Assembly: GCF_011745625.1 (NCBI RefSeq)
Contig: NW_027191454.1
Span: 372,001 to 436,000, forward strand
Direction of reading: 5' to 3'
DNA from: Cladosporium halotolerans
Lineage: Eukaryota
Length of the DNA: 64,000 bases
The translations under genes were made by a program, and so were the position numbers. Positions 10,094-23,000 of this stretch are shown here, piece after piece. The notes under the pieces were generated by a model. It saw nothing but the letters and a program-made list of their open reading frames with translations, was not told the origin of the DNA and did not search any database. Position 1 is the stretch's first letter, and each line of letters begins with the position of its first letter.

Positions 10094-11759
10094 GGACACA
10101 TGAAATGTTTTAGATCTTGCCAGCAGTTGCACCCAGTCAGCTGGGCGGCTAGCGAGGTGGCATAAGGCGATCAAATCTGATGCAGCTTGCTGAGAAGGGT
10201 CGGCTTCGTATTTGAGTGACCTTTCACGTAGGATCCTTGAAATCATTGATCCTGGTATGTTTGCTTCCATCCCGCGAGCCTGCCAGGAATTTCGCCATAT
10301 TGCATCAAGCAGAGGCAGGGAATGCTCTCTAACTGGGATTGTGATTGCCCCCGGCGGGATGCTTGTGGAGTTGGGGGAATACCAGCACGGAGTCATGCAT
10401 TCTGAGACCGCATTTTGCTGTGACGTTAGATGCAACTTGGACAGTCATTTAGCCAATCATAAAAAGCAAGCATCCGGAATGGAGCCACGACCGAAGGGCA
10501 GTCATATCTTGGCTTTGATGTGGCTGCACCGCCCAGAGACTTGTGCGGTGCAACGGAGGAAATGGACCCAACTCCGGCGTACGACTGTGAAAAGCAGCAA
10601 ACATCATTTTTGATTTGCGCCAAATTGTATGGACCGAGGCAGAATGAGCGTCTTTTCGCCCTATAAGAAAGCCGACAATCGGGACGCATCTGTCAGACAT
10701 TGTGGTGAGCTATCCAGTCATCAAATTCTCGGTTTCATGTCGCACGACTTCGTGGGATGGAAGCAGAAGTCGCACCCGCACAGGCCACAAGCAGTCGTTT
10801 GATGCCCTTAAGACTGTCGTGACAGGTGCTGAGGACGGAGGTCTGCTCGGCAGGATTGACCAAGAACGATCAGCGCTCGATACTGTACACAGATCGGTTT
10901 CAGATCTCTGCTGGAGTGAAAATCTCGGTGCTCGAACGTGGAGTCTGGCCGCCTTGGTGATACCAGATCAGCCAAGCTCAACAAGTTAGCCATGAGTGTT
11001 GTGCGAACAGTCCAGGGACCGAGCGCAGCATTCATGCCTTGTGTTGTCATAGAGGTCTGTTGCACATCCCACCTGTGCCCGCAAAAATGGTCATTTCGAC
11101 CCGATGCAGTGGAAGGCGCTGCGGACCAAATCATGTCTCAACACCCGATCTCTGCAGACATCATCCAGCAAACAGAAGATTCTGGAAGGGCTTCGTGACG
11201 GCCTGCTTGAGATGGACCGAAGATGCAGTTTTCCGAAGCGAGGGAAACACCAAGCGTGTCAGTATCCGTAAAACAGCCCGGCGTCCCGCATGAGTCCACT
11301 ACCAGTCTGTTGGGTGACGTATGTGTGTGGATGGGTGGTACGCTCGGTACGGTATCAGAAAATGGAGTCCAGGGCTGTGTCAGTAGTTAGTGTGAGCTCG
11401 CTGGATACCGTGCACCAGAACATTGACTCAGCAAAGGCGTCAGCTAGCAGAGATGACTCTGTGGTTGGGAGAGGGACGACTGAAGTATTTGCGAGATCGT
11501 TCCATTAGTCAACAAAAATAAACAGGCATTATGCACACAAGATGTCACAAGGTGGTAGCACCAAGCCATGCATCGGTGCGAGCGCCGAGCTGCTAGCACA
11601 AGCACAGAGGGCGAAGGCGCGCTCGGAGGGTGCCCGCATGTTTGGGTTCGTCGCTTCGTGGCGTGCGTAAAACATGTTGGGCCTTCTTCGACTCTGCGCG
11701 CTTTCGTCCTCTTCTATTCGCATCCACTCCCCTCCTCCTCACCGAATCTATTTCTCCAC

Positions 11760-12636
11760 TTAGTAGCCGGGACGGCCGTAGTCCGACCTGCCGTCACTGG
11801 TCCTGCCATCCCTGCCGTCGCTGTACTTCCTCCTGAGGGCTTGCAGCCTCTTCTTCTTGGTGTGTGCGTTGATGTAGGTTCCAATGAGGAAACCGACGAT
11901 GTTGAAGAACGGCACCCAGGCCTGCTCGGGCAGGAAAGCCTGGGCGAAGGCCAGAGCGATCGGGGAGGTGATCCAGGAAACCTTCATGACGGGCATGAAG
12001 CCCGCGCGAACGGTGGCGCGGATCTGGTGGAAAGTGCGCGCGCCGGCGATGATGGCCATGCTGAACAGGTAGACCAAGTTCTGGATCGGTGAGATCTGCG
12101 GCATCGTATGTCAGTGATTGCTTTGTAGTGCCAGCTTGGGTCATGTGGGGTTGCGCATACCAGAAGATTGGAGACGATGATCTGCATGATCTTAGCCTTC
12201 AAGCTCGTCCTGCCTCTGAAGGTCTTCTGGAGAAGGGAAATCATCACATGGCCCAAAGGCGCGCTAATGAATGCGCCGTAGACCGCCATCTTGGGCACAC
12301 GGCTTGTGAAGTAGTGGCCGCTCTTGTTACGGTCTTTCGCAATCCACGAGGCGAGGAACTCTTGAAGGGCGGCGAGGGAACCGGATGTGAGCATCTTCGT
12401 CTTCAAGGGGTCCTCCTGGAGCTTCTTCAGGTACCACTGAGATGTCACTCATGTTAGCGTTGCGCGTGCGATAACACCAAATGTCGCGTGATACGCGACT
12501 CCGAAGGTACACATACGGCAAGATATCCATTGGGGCTGCCGCCCTTGGTCAGGGCCTCGCCGACATTGTGCATGAAGTCCTCCTTCCCACCGCCAGTGGA
12601 GCGGACGGTCTCCTTCTCGAACTTGACTTGAGACAT
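11760..12636 (-). CDS. Mpv17/PMP22 family peroxisomal membrane protein; exons 12636-12517, 12436-12161, 12095-11760
   Basis: Spliced product WYLKKLQEDPLKTKMLTSG..KMAVYGAFISAPLGH..SWITSPIALAFAQAFLP. Donors GTATGT and GTATGC, acceptors CAG; frame is kept. Confidence 0.9.
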
Positions 12637-14054
12637 GACGTGTGGTTGCGGCTGCGCGATTGGCGCAGTTGGACAGTTACGTTGTCAGCTTGAGCGAGCG
12701 TGCAGGCGAGTAATGAAGGAAGTGTCGCAATGGTGCTTTGCCGACGCGTGAAGAAGCTCGGCTGGGGCGCCGGGTGGTGTTTACGGTAGAGGTATCGGCG
12801 GGCTACGACGGCAACCGGCCAGCGCACGCAACGGTCGCCGCTCAAGATGGAGAAACGGGCCGAGAGACCCACCTTCCCTAATTCGTGAATGGAGGCAGGG
12901 GTCCAGCATTGGCCTCGGCAACCCTATGAGACCTCAGCGTTGTACAGCGTTTGGGGAGACGCATGGAGAGCAGACCGGTCGATGCCATCGATGCGTGAGC
13001 GGTCAGGTGACACGCGACAATAGCGTGGCCCTTTCTCGATCATTTACGGTCTCTGTGAGCCACGAGACGACGACATTGAGCCAGCTCCTACCAAACTGCC
13101 GTGCAGCTGGCAGCGATGATCCCCCCGGCTGAATGTTCTACAGGCAATCCGCCTCTCCAGGCAATGCTGTTTACCACCCGCTCGGTATTGTTGGGTACCT
13201 TGACTGCGCGTACTTTATGTTCGAGGCCGTGGAGAAGATGTGCGAAAGATCATCCCTTATTAGGTAGTTGTACGACGTCAAACGCGGTGAAAAGCGTTTG
13301 TGCCCAGTCGCGTCCTGATACTTTGCCCGCTACTCTCAATACCTCAGGTAGGAGATCGTCGGAGATGTCAAGGCAGTTGGTGCCTTGCACGTGGGTGCGC
13401 GCACAGCTGTCACTCCTGCTGTCGAGGTCGAGGCGGTGCGACGTGTGGATTCCAGCACCGGCAGCCTCAGTGAAGGCCTGCTGCTGCTCGACGCCCGCAC
13501 CTGCGCTCGCGCCGACTGTTGCATGGTAAGGGAAGGCGCGAGGCCAGGACATAGAAGTCCCACCTCACTCGACCTCGAACACTCCCACACGCCACAATCG
13601 ACCTGCGCCTCTGACAGATCGCAGCCCACTGTCACGCCTCGTCGTCGCCGACGTGCAACCCCGAACCCTAGCCTCATCAACTTCACTTCACATTCGCCAT
13701 GGCGACGGACTTGAGCTCCGCTAGAGTCGCCGACCCTCCAGTTGAAGTGCCAGTGACGGCACACAGCGATCCTTTCATCGATCACGCGGCACCACGATCA
13801 AACCGCGGCAACCTCGCAGCTTTGATGACCGTGGTCTCACAGGTGTGTTTCCATATACATACATTCACGCGCTCGTTTGTCGGTGCTTTGTCGCATGAGA
13901 CATCCATCTGCTCTGCGCAGCTACTCATTGCCCGTATATTCGGTTCGCTCGCTCTTCGTACAGATACATGGGATTCTTATGCACAGTGCTGACTGCGCTT
14001 GTACGGTCGATACTCATATATTCTCAGGTTGTATCGCCACCTCCGCCTCGAGTG

Positions 14055-15533
14055 ATGGCGCAGAGATCCGAAAAGACCGCTCAGGTCCAGCCGCCTCGTC
14101 GTGCAATGTGCACTCACATCGCCACGGCCCGTCTGCATGGGAGCAACGTGTGCCAACTGTGTGGCAAGACTCCAGACGTCGGGTGGCTTTATGCCTGCCG
14201 CCAGGATTGGCTCACTGAGTACCAAGACTCCATGGTCTCGACTGCAGACATTGCTATCACGGTCCCTGACGATTCGAACTACTTTGATGTCATGGCTCGG
14301 CGAGCCGCTTCGCTCAAAATGAGCCCTAGCGTGACAAAACAGATCCGCGAAGGGTTCTATACATTTGATCAAGTCGAAAAGCTTGTTGCTCAGAAGGAGC
14401 ATCTCATCAGCACCATCAAGGGAATCGAAGGCTCTTCTCTTGACAGTACTCCTGCATCGCGTTCCTGCAGATTGGGCCAGAGTGCTGGACTCTCCAATGT
14501 CGTTGCATCGCTCGGTGTCAGCGCCAACGCAAAAAATACCGATCAGCGACGCTCCGAAGGATCACCAATTCAGGGCACTACGAAGCAAGCAAACGCAGGA
14601 AGGAGCTCTGCCGCACCTGCGACACAGCAGTCGCAATCGAAGGTGGACTCCTGTAACTTCATGGCTTGCCATACCTGTCGCCCATTCTGGCAAGATCGTT
14701 TGCACGCCAACATCGGATCAGTGCTGGCTGGAAGTCAACCTCCGTTGACTGAAGAAGAGGCCGCCGCCTTTCCTGTGCTAAATGCAAGAATTGTTCGGAA
14801 GCTTGGTCTTCGTAAACCTTCTTTCATCCACGACCCTAATAGCACGCGGCTCGAGCAATGGCAAAGCATGGATTTGACAGCAATGTCTACAGGAGACGGC
14901 CACTATGAGGGCGAAACACCATTTGACTGGACTCCGAGCACCGCTTCTAGCAGCATGTTTGACGACGATGCTGAGGAGCTCCCGACTGCCAATCCATTTC
15001 CATGCCCTGGGCCTGGTGTGTGCCCGGTCTATAGCCGCAACTCGGGTTGCGCATACGAGCAAGGAAGCTTCGACGACGGACACAGAGCCACGAACCATGG
15101 TTTTAGTACTCAGCACGGAGTAGCAGCTCCGACCACAACCGCGATGGTCACACCTAGCCGCCCTCGTATGCGGGCTCATCACAGCGAGGGAAGCGTATCA
15201 GACACCCCCGGCGGCACAACATCCAGCGCGTCCTCAATCAGCCTCCCCACGCCGACCACGATCCCCTTCGCTTCTACCTCACCCACTTTCGGAGGTCTTG
15301 ACGAGCCTCACAATCTAAGGGAGGGCAACAAGCCAGGCAAAGCCGCGACTGTCTGCGGCGTGCTCAGCCCCAGCATGGACTTCGACCACGTCAGACTGAG
15401 CGTTGGCTCAAACCTGACCAGACAAGACAGCAACAGCAGCAGCTACGGCAGCGAAGTAGAGGTCGAAGGCGGCGTTGCTTTGACCGAAGAGGCTGTCGGA
15501 TTGGGCCTGCCGGACATTGTCACCGAGCAGTGA
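14055..15533 (+). CDS. hypothetical protein with Cys-rich motifs and Ser/Thr-rich C-terminus
   Basis: ORF 13968-15533; likely start MAQRSEK at 14055. Motifs CTH..CQLCG..WLYACRQD and CNFMACHTCRP. Confidence 0.7.
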   Translation: MAQRSEKTAQVQPPRRAMCTHIATARLHGSNVCQLCGKTPDVGWLYACRQDWLTEYQDSMVSTADIAITVPDDSNYFDVMARRAASLKMSPSVTKQIREGFYTFDQVEKLVAQKEHLISTIKGIEGSSLDSTPASRSCRLGQSAGLSNVVASLGVSANAKNTDQRRSEGSPIQGTTKQANAGRSSAAPATQQSQSKVDSCNFMACHTCRPFWQDRLHANIGSVLAGSQPPLTEEEAAAFPVLNARIVRKLGLRKPSFIHDPNSTRLEQWQSMDLTAMSTGDGHYEGETPFDWTPSTASSSMFDDDAEELPTANPFPCPGPGVCPVYSRNSGCAYEQGSFDDGHRATNHGFSTQHGVAAPTTTAMVTPSRPRMRAHHSEGSVSDTPGGTTSSASSISLPTPTTIPFASTSPTFGGLDEPHNLREGNKPGKAATVCGVLSPSMDFDHVRLSVGSNLTRQDSNSSSYGSEVEVEGGVALTEEAVGLGLPDIVTEQ

Positions 15534-15993
15534 ACACACAATGGTAATCAACTCTCGTCCCTCTTGCAGCGTTTAAAGCCAGATCATGCACGTGTTTCGG
15601 ATTTTGCTTCTTTTCGTTGACGTCAGCTTTGCGGAAGTTATTGCAGGCCTGCATGCAGCTGGAGGCATTGATGTGCGTGGAACGGATTGGGGAAGCAAAC
15701 GGGCGAAGGCATTTGACAAGCAGTGTTCGTGAAAGCATCAGGCATGTCATGGCAGTCAGGTGCAGGCATCGTCAGCGGTACACCTAGCATAGCTATACAG
15801 ATGCCCCGTAATTCGAGCAAAATCACTTTTACTTGAAAGCACGCTGTTTAGATGGTTTGAGATATCATTGTCCCTACTACCAACGGCTAAGGTACAGTAC
15901 ATTTGCATGACATGAAGTCGCGCGCAAGCGTCCGCTGCCATTTCCCTTTTGTTCCGTCTCCATACCCGTAGCACTTGACTCCATGATTCGTTC

Positions 15994-16010
15994 TTTTTTT
16001 TTTTTTTTTT
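15994..16010. repeat. poly(T)17 tract
   Basis: 17 consecutive T between two convergent genes. Confidence 0.9.
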
Positions 16011-16475
16011 CGTTTGCTTTGTTTTTCGAATGTTTTTGGTGGGTTTTGGTCGTTGGCTGTATGTTGTGTTGTATGTCGTCTTTGCTGTTTGTCAAGATCA
16101 TCAGAGTAGAGAGTAGCAAATCCCACGGCCGCCTCGAGAACAAGAGAAAAGACCATTGCGAAGAATTCAGAGGTCTAGGAGATCGCGGAAACCCCGTCAA
16201 GAAGCAAAATCCATCCGAAAGTATTCAGAGAGAGATTGAGAATCCCGTGAAGGCAAACACCGATCCGAAAGAAGCCAGAAAGCATAAATAAAAATCAGGG
16301 CATTTCTGAAACTGCAGATTTTCAGAAATTGCAGGAATTTGCGGAAGAGCATATGTGCTCTTTGGGAATTTTTGTTGGCGGGCAGAAGTGGATGGAGTAC
16401 CGAATGGGGGCTGACTCGTCAGCCTTGAAAAGCGCGTGTGGAGTCACGCACAGTCGGAATGTGACGGTCGACCAT

Positions 16476-18299
16476 TTACTGGCAACCCTCAGGCAGGCCG
16501 TTGCCAGATTCTTCCTCGTCATCGTCAACTTCTTCGAAGTCCTCGGCGTCTTCACTCAGGACGGTTCTGGAGGACTCTTCAGCCTCAGCCTCGGCAGCGT
16601 CTCTCTCCTTGACTTCGACGAAGCCGTCACGCTCCAGCCTCTCGCCCTCGAGGTCCTCAACCTGGTTCTTGAGCTCATTGACCGTCTCATCGCGGAGCTG
16701 CAGGCGCCAGTTGGCATGCTCGAGCGCATGCTGCAAGTCCGCGATAGTAGTGCTCTGCTTGCGCGCAGCCTGCTCAAGGTCAGCCAGCGAAGCCGCCAGG
16801 CGGCTGATCTTGGTGCGCTTCACGGCGATCATGTCCGAGTGCGTCTTGTCGAGCAGCTTCATATCCTGCATCACGCGCTCGAGCTGCGCGTTGCCCTGCT
16901 GTAGCTTGCTGTTAGCGGAGTCGAGCGCCGCGTGCGTCTCCAATAGCTCGTTCTTCTGCACGACGCTCGCCCTGGCCCCGGCCACGAGGGCCTCGCGGGT
17001 GGATCGCAGCTGGTCGGCGAGCGCCTGCTTCTCGCGCTCGGCGGTTCGAGTAGCCTCCGCGTGGCGCCAGTCTTGCGCCTGCGAGCGCGACTCGAGGCGG
17101 TCGAGCGTGCACTTGAGCTCGTTGACTTCCTTGGTGCTGGTCGCGAGGAGCTCGCGCTGCTCCCTGGCGGCTGCGGAGGCTTCCTGGAAGCCCGAGACGC
17201 GGGCGGCGAGTTTGTCGGAGAGCTCGCGGTTCTCCTTCCGGCAGCGGGCGAGGGCAAGCTCGTGCTTCGTGGCGGCGGCGGCCTTCTGCCTCTGCAGGCT
17301 GGCGATTTGCTGGTCGTGGGCGGCGTTCCATAGGGACCGGTGGCTGAGGCTTGTCTTGAGCGAGTCGGCTTCCTTGACTAGTTTCATCACCTCAGAGTGG
17401 CGGGTGGCGAGCTCTCTCTTGGTCGCAGCGTGGGCCTGGGTCTCAGCGGCCAGAGACATGTTTGCTGTTGCGAGCTCGCACTCGAGGGCTTCGTTGCGCT
17501 CACCGGCAGCCCGGAGTTGTTGTTCCAGATTCCTAGATTGCTCTTTGGAGAGTACGAGCTCGGACTCGAGGTTCTCATAGCGTTGTTGAACTTTGTTGAT
17601 AAAGGTCTCGAGGCGAGTGATTTGCTGGCGGGCGATGGCGTTTGACTCTGTCGTGAGTTTCAGCTCTTCGGCGAGCTCGGTCCAGAGCCTGCATTGCTGG
17701 AAGTAGGCCTGCTCGGAGTGATCCAGGTCCTGCTTCAGCTCCTGATTGAGCTGCCATGCCTTGTTGGCGCGCTGCGCGTAGAGCCAGACGCAGCGCAGGT
17801 AGCGGTCGACTAGATCCTGGCCGCTCTCCCCTTGGACGGCGACACTGGCGGTGGTCCTGACGAGGGCTGAACGGCGAGGCTGGACTTCTTGCGACGCGAC
17901 CTCTTCCTTTAGCGCCGCCACCTGCAGTGCCTGGTTGTGAAGCTTCTCCTTCGCGGCGGAGAGAAGCTTGGTCTTGACGACGATCTGGTTGTCTCTCTGC
18001 TTGATCCTGAATTCGGCGTTCGCGGTCTGATACTCGGAAGATTCGAGGTCGTACTGCAATGTGCGGATTGTCCGCTCCAACTCCCGGATGCGCTCATCAC
18101 GAGCTGCGAGGTCAGCGACTGCTTGCTCTGCCTCGTCTTCGGAATCGCTGAGAGAGTTGTGGTATTCTTCGATACCAGTGCGATATAACTCGCACTGAGT
18201 TTCTAGCTCGGCGATGCGACGCGAATGGCTCTTGTCAATTCTCCACGCCAATGCGACGAATTGAATAGCGACCGGTAAAACGACTTCCAAGCGATCCAT
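16476..18299 (-). CDS. hypothetical long coiled-coil protein (607 aa)
   Basis: Single ORF rich in E/L/Q/A heptads, with an acidic C-terminal tail. Confidence 0.8.
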   Translation of the reverse strand: MDRLEVVLPVAIQFVALAWRIDKSHSRRIAELETQCELYRTGIEEYHNSLSDSEDEAEQAVADLAARDERIRELERTIRTLQYDLESSEYQTANAEFRIKQRDNQIVVKTKLLSAAKEKLHNQALQVAALKEEVASQEVQPRRSALVRTTASVAVQGESGQDLVDRYLRCVWLYAQRANKAWQLNQELKQDLDHSEQAYFQQCRLWTELAEELKLTTESNAIARQQITRLETFINKVQQRYENLESELVLSKEQSRNLEQQLRAAGERNEALECELATANMSLAAETQAHAATKRELATRHSEVMKLVKEADSLKTSLSHRSLWNAAHDQQIASLQRQKAAAATKHELALARCRKENRELSDKLAARVSGFQEASAAAREQRELLATSTKEVNELKCTLDRLESRSQAQDWRHAEATRTAEREKQALADQLRSTREALVAGARASVVQKNELLETHAALDSANSKLQQGNAQLERVMQDMKLLDKTHSDMIAVKRTKISRLAASLADLEQAARKQSTTIADLQHALEHANWRLQLRDETVNELKNQVEDLEGERLERDGFVEVKERDAAEAEAEESSRTVLSEDAEDFEEVDDDEEESGNGLPEGCQ

Positions 18300-18541
18300 C
18301 TTGCGGTAGCTTTCGAAGTGTCGTCTTTCGAGGCTGGTATCAATCTGATGCTGCCTGATGACAGATGTCTGACGGGAGGAGATGGAGACAGGGGGGATGG
18401 AAAGAGGGACATTTAAGACCAGGAGACGGCTTACAAGAATCTCAAGCCTACAATACTGTACATTTTGTATTTAGCTTTCGTTGTGCGATTGCTAGCTGCC
18501 CAGGGTCATGGCATTGGTACAAAGTCAAAAGCTGACTGCGA

Positions 18542-19714
18542 TCATAAGTTCCGTCGGTTATACGCCCAGAAAGCTTTCCAGGGCAATTTCCAGTCGGTGA
18601 CCCGGAGTTTATCGCTGAAGATATCGAAATCAACCTTTTGGAGGCGATCCAGCCAAATTTGCGTCGCGATGGCTGGCATGAAGACTCCAAAGGCCCGCTC
18701 AATTTCCTGGCTCTGGGACTCAGCCTTCCCCTTTGCGGGAAGGTAGACGTGCTCCTCTTCGTGCTGATGCTCGAAATCGTGCCCGGCGTCCTGTCCGGCG
18801 CGAATGTTAGTAAGCATTTGTCTGGCGGTGATGAGATGGTCATTGGCGCGGGTCGCAACTGTGAAGACAGCGTCCCGCAGACCGTGGGCCTCGGCTCCAT
18901 TACGCAGCACATCTTCCTCTCGCACGCCACACTCGGCCATAATGTCGAGCGGCAGCATGACGGCTCCCTGCCGAGTGGCTCCCACATCGCCGGGCATCTG
19001 GCCTGCTTGATTTGTATGCGAATTTTGCGGTCCAGGGAATGCGATGAGGGGAAGGCCTCGCAGCACCGCCGCAATACCGGTGGCTTTGCCAACATGACTT
19101 GCGACATGGTCCGCCGTCAAGCTGGCCATAGGTAAAGCTTGAAGAGTAAGGTAATGCAGCGTGCTGTAGGTGTTTTCCGCGTAAGACTCCACAGCAGCGA
19201 TATCAGGATAAGGCGGATTTGATAGGTATTTTTCTCGTGTGTCAATTATGCGCATAAACCAGCTCTTACTGAAAGTTGACCTTCCATCTGTAAGCTCCGC
19301 TATGCGATCTGCAGCCCTTGCTAACAGAAGTGCAATAGGCTGCTTGGGCGGAGTTCCTGCCAATGCTTTGGAGATAGCATCGCGTTGAAACTGCAGGCGC
19401 ATGCTCCCTATGGTGGGCGTGTTGGTCGTGTCGGCCGTCCGAGCAACGTCGATGTTGAATGCGCGCAGTGCGACGTAGGCGTCGCGGGCATGGGTCGGAA
19501 TATAAGGCAATAGCAGCGATGATGGAGTGTCGTATTTTCGCAAGAGATCCAAACAATATCTTCTTGCGGAAGCCAACTCTTCTGCCGACGATATTTGTGA
19601 GCTGGGCTGCTCGACATCAGACGAAGCAAATCGCCTTTGCGATGCGCGCCATGTTCCTCTGTTCTCTGCGATCACCCCAGCACCCCGTGTGCAAACCCTT
19701 TTTGTTAAGCTCAT
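18542..19714 (-). CDS. squalene/phytoene synthase family protein, NDUFAF6-like complex I assembly factor
   Basis: Arg-rich presequence-like N-terminus, plus YVALRAFNIDVA, ESYAENTYSTL and ASHVGKATGIAAVLRGLP. Confidence 0.85.
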   Translation of the reverse strand: MSLTKRVCTRGAGVIAENRGTWRASQRRFASSDVEQPSSQISSAEELASARRYCLDLLRKYDTPSSLLLPYIPTHARDAYVALRAFNIDVARTADTTNTPTIGSMRLQFQRDAISKALAGTPPKQPIALLLARAADRIAELTDGRSTFSKSWFMRIIDTREKYLSNPPYPDIAAVESYAENTYSTLHYLTLQALPMASLTADHVASHVGKATGIAAVLRGLPLIAFPGPQNSHTNQAGQMPGDVGATRQGAVMLPLDIMAECGVREEDVLRNGAEAHGLRDAVFTVATRANDHLITARQMLTNIRAGQDAGHDFEHQHEEEHVYLPAKGKAESQSQEIERAFGVFMPAIATQIWLDRLQKVDFDIFSDKLRVTDWKLPWKAFWAYNRRNL

Positions 19715-20012
19715 CTCCTTCTCTTGCCGGACTTGTGGACGCTGTCCGCATAAATCCCAGGTAGCAGATGCGGGTGTTCAGAGCGGCAGTGCACGTTCGC
19801 GGCGCGAAGTCGCACTGGGGAAAACAGATGAGATGAAATGGATGACGTCTGATTGATCGATTGATTGAACCCTTCTTTCCGAGGCCGAATTTGAGTCGCG
19901 TGAAAGCGCGTCTGCTCGCGACTGCCAGGTCCCGCTGTCGCCGCACGCCCAAGGCCCTCTGCCTAACGCTGCGAGGGCACCACCGCCACCACAGTCTGCC
20001 GCACACCACAGT

Positions 20013-23000
20013 ATGGCCGATCTGGACCAGCGTCCGCATAAGAAACGCCGTTTCTTTGTGGACGACTCGCCCTCTCAGGACCCTTCCTTGAGCGCAGAGC
20101 CCAGCTTGCCGGACGAGGTCAACGATCTGCCGAAATCACCGAGTCTTCAGAGGCAGCAGACCGGCGACGCCGCAGAACGCGATAAAGAGAATGTGTTCGA
20201 CGGTGAAACATTCAAGGCATTCACAGGAGCTTCGCCGCCTGAAGACACAATCTTAAGTCTCCAGCAGACATTCGGCAAAGACCTCGAACGAGCAATCAAC
20301 GCATATTTCGACGGATCATGGAAAAACACACCCGCGCCGCCTTCGTCTTCACGCACGCCGAGCGCCAGCACCTATAGATCATCCCCCTTCGGAAAGCCTT
20401 CGAGTACTATCCAGACTACTCCACAAGCAAATGCGTCCCCGCGAGCATCAGCAACGCCGGCTCCTCCTAAGCCGGCCGCCTTGGGGTCGATGCCCACTAA
20501 ACGCTACATCGGAGCTCTTGGTGTAGCAGGATGGACTACGAAGAGTGGCACTGGCCTGCTCAAGCCAGACGACACCATCAAGATCGAACGGCAAAAACAG
20601 GCGATACAGCAGAAAGCCGGACGGGGTGGCAAGTTCAAGCAAGTCGTGCGGAAGACGCAGGATATGATCGTGCGCTTTACAAACGGTCGAGGTGAGGAGG
20701 TGGGACGACTGGAGAAAGAGGCAGCCATGTGGATAAGCACTTTGTTGGACCAGAAGCTCTGCATATTTGAAGGGCACTGCATTTTCGCCCCAGAGCGGAT
20801 CAGAACGAACGATACTGTCTACTTGCAGCTCAAGTGCTTCCTGCTGCGATCTGCCTTCGAGGCTGGCAACTTTGTGAAGCCGGCAGAGAACAACAGAGAG
20901 ACGGGAATCTTCGAGGCCAAGGAGACCTCGGACGAACGTGATCTGCGTTTGCGGCAAGTGGCATTGGTCAAGCTATTCTCAGAGATCAATCTTCAGCCTT
21001 CAAAGATAAACGAGACGACCGCGAAACACAAGCGGGAAGGCATTCTTCAAGCTGCGGAGGTTGCGGAACAGTATGATCAGCAGGACACCAAAAAGAGCAA
21101 GGGGAACACGCCTGAGAATGGCGGATCATCGCCTCCGTCGGAAGAGAATGAGGAGGGCGAAGAGCTCGAGCAAGACCAATTGGACAGCCTGTATAGGAAG
21201 GCCCAGTCGTTCGACTTCGACACACCTGAAGCACAGCCCGCGGACAGCTTCACAATGGACTTGAGGAAATATCAGAAGCAGGCGCTGCATTGGATGGTTG
21301 CCAAAGAGACTAGCCAGAAGCAGGAGCATAAGGAGATGTCTATGCATCCGTTGTGGGAAGAATATCCCTGGCCGATTAAGGATGCAGACGACAAGGACCT
21401 CCCTGCTGTTGATGGCCAGGATTGTTTCTACGTCAACCCTTATAGCGGCGAGCTAGGCTTGGACTTCCCTGTTCAAGAGCAGACCTGTCTTGGTGGCATC
21501 CTTGCTGATGAGATGGGTCTTGGAAAGACAATCGAGATGCTTTCTTTAGTACATTCGCATCGTTCGCCCGAACAAGAGGCTACCATGAGCGGCGCCAAAG
21601 CCGATGCTATTGCAAGCTTGCCTCGACTTGGGAGGAATAGTAGTGGCGTTGAATATGCGCCAGCTACCACCCTGGTCGTCGCACCTATGTCGTTGCTTGC
21701 ACAGTGGGCGAGCGAAGCAGAAAAGGCATCTAAGGATGGCACACTGAGAGTTCTCATCTACTATGGCAGTGACAAGAACATCAATCTGCCGACGCTTTGC
21801 TCAGCTGCCAATGCTGCGAGCGCACCCAATGTCATCATCACCTCGTATGGCACTGTACTCAGCGAATTCAACGCTGTTGCTTCCATGGACGGCAACCGTG
21901 GATCGCACGGTGGTCTGTTCAGTCTTGACTACTGGCGCATCATCCTCGACGAAGCACACATGATCAAGAACAGGCAGTCAAAGACCGCTAAAGCCTGCTA
22001 CGAGCTAGCCGCCAAGCATAGATGGGTGCTCACAGGCACACCGATTGTCAACAGACTGGAAGACCTTTTCAGTCTGATCCGATTCCTGCGCGTGGAGCCT
22101 TGGAGCAATTTCAGCTTCTGGAAGACATTCATCACCGTGCCGTTCGAGAAGGGCGACTTTGTTCGCGCGCTCGACGTTGTCCAGACTGTGCTAGAACCCA
22201 TTGTCTTGCGCAGAACGAAGGATATGAAGACCCCTGACGGCGAGGCTTTGGTGCCACTGCCACCGAAAACGGTCGAGATCGAACATGTGAAGCTCTCTGA
22301 CCCGGAGCGAGAAGTCTACGAACTGATATTTGCTCGAGCAAAGAAGGCTTTCAGTGCGAACATGGAAGCTGGCACTTTGATGAAGAGTTACACGACCATC
22401 TTTGCACAAATCTTGCGGCTGAGACAAAGCTGTTGCCATCCTATGCTGACGCGCAACAAGCAGATTGTTGCAGAAGAAGAGGATGCTGCAGCTGCCGCAG
22501 ATGTCGCAAATGGCCTAGCAGACGATATGGATCTCACTGCATTGCTCGAAAGGTTCCAGGCAGACGAAGGCGAACAGGACGCGAGCCGATTTGGTTCCCA
22601 CGTCCTGAAACAGATTCAAGATGAGTCCGACATGGAATGCCCCATCTGCAGCGAAGAGCCTATGGAGGAGCAGGCTGTCACCGGGTGCTGGCATTCCGCG
22701 TGCAAGAAATGTCTGCTTGACTATATCGAACATCAAAGCAGTAAAGGTGAGCTTCCTCGCTGCTTCAACTGCCGTGAGCCCATCAATGCGCGTGATGTCT
22801 TCGAAGTCGTCCGTCACGAAGATGAAGACTTCGGAGATGAAGACACCAAGGCTCTCGTAAGTGCCTTTGGCGCAGGTGACGAGGAAGACGAAGACCTCTA
22901 TAACAGTACTCAATCGGCGAAGAAGAAGGATGCCGCTAAAAGAATCACTTTACGCCGCGTCAACGCACTCTCATCGGCCAAGATAAACACGCTCCTTACG

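Noticed and set aside
10436..11750. Multiple short ORFs in this gap (also 12900-13950 and 39200-40100)
   Set aside because: No coherent exon chain, codon bias or motif; treated as UTR or promoter DNA.
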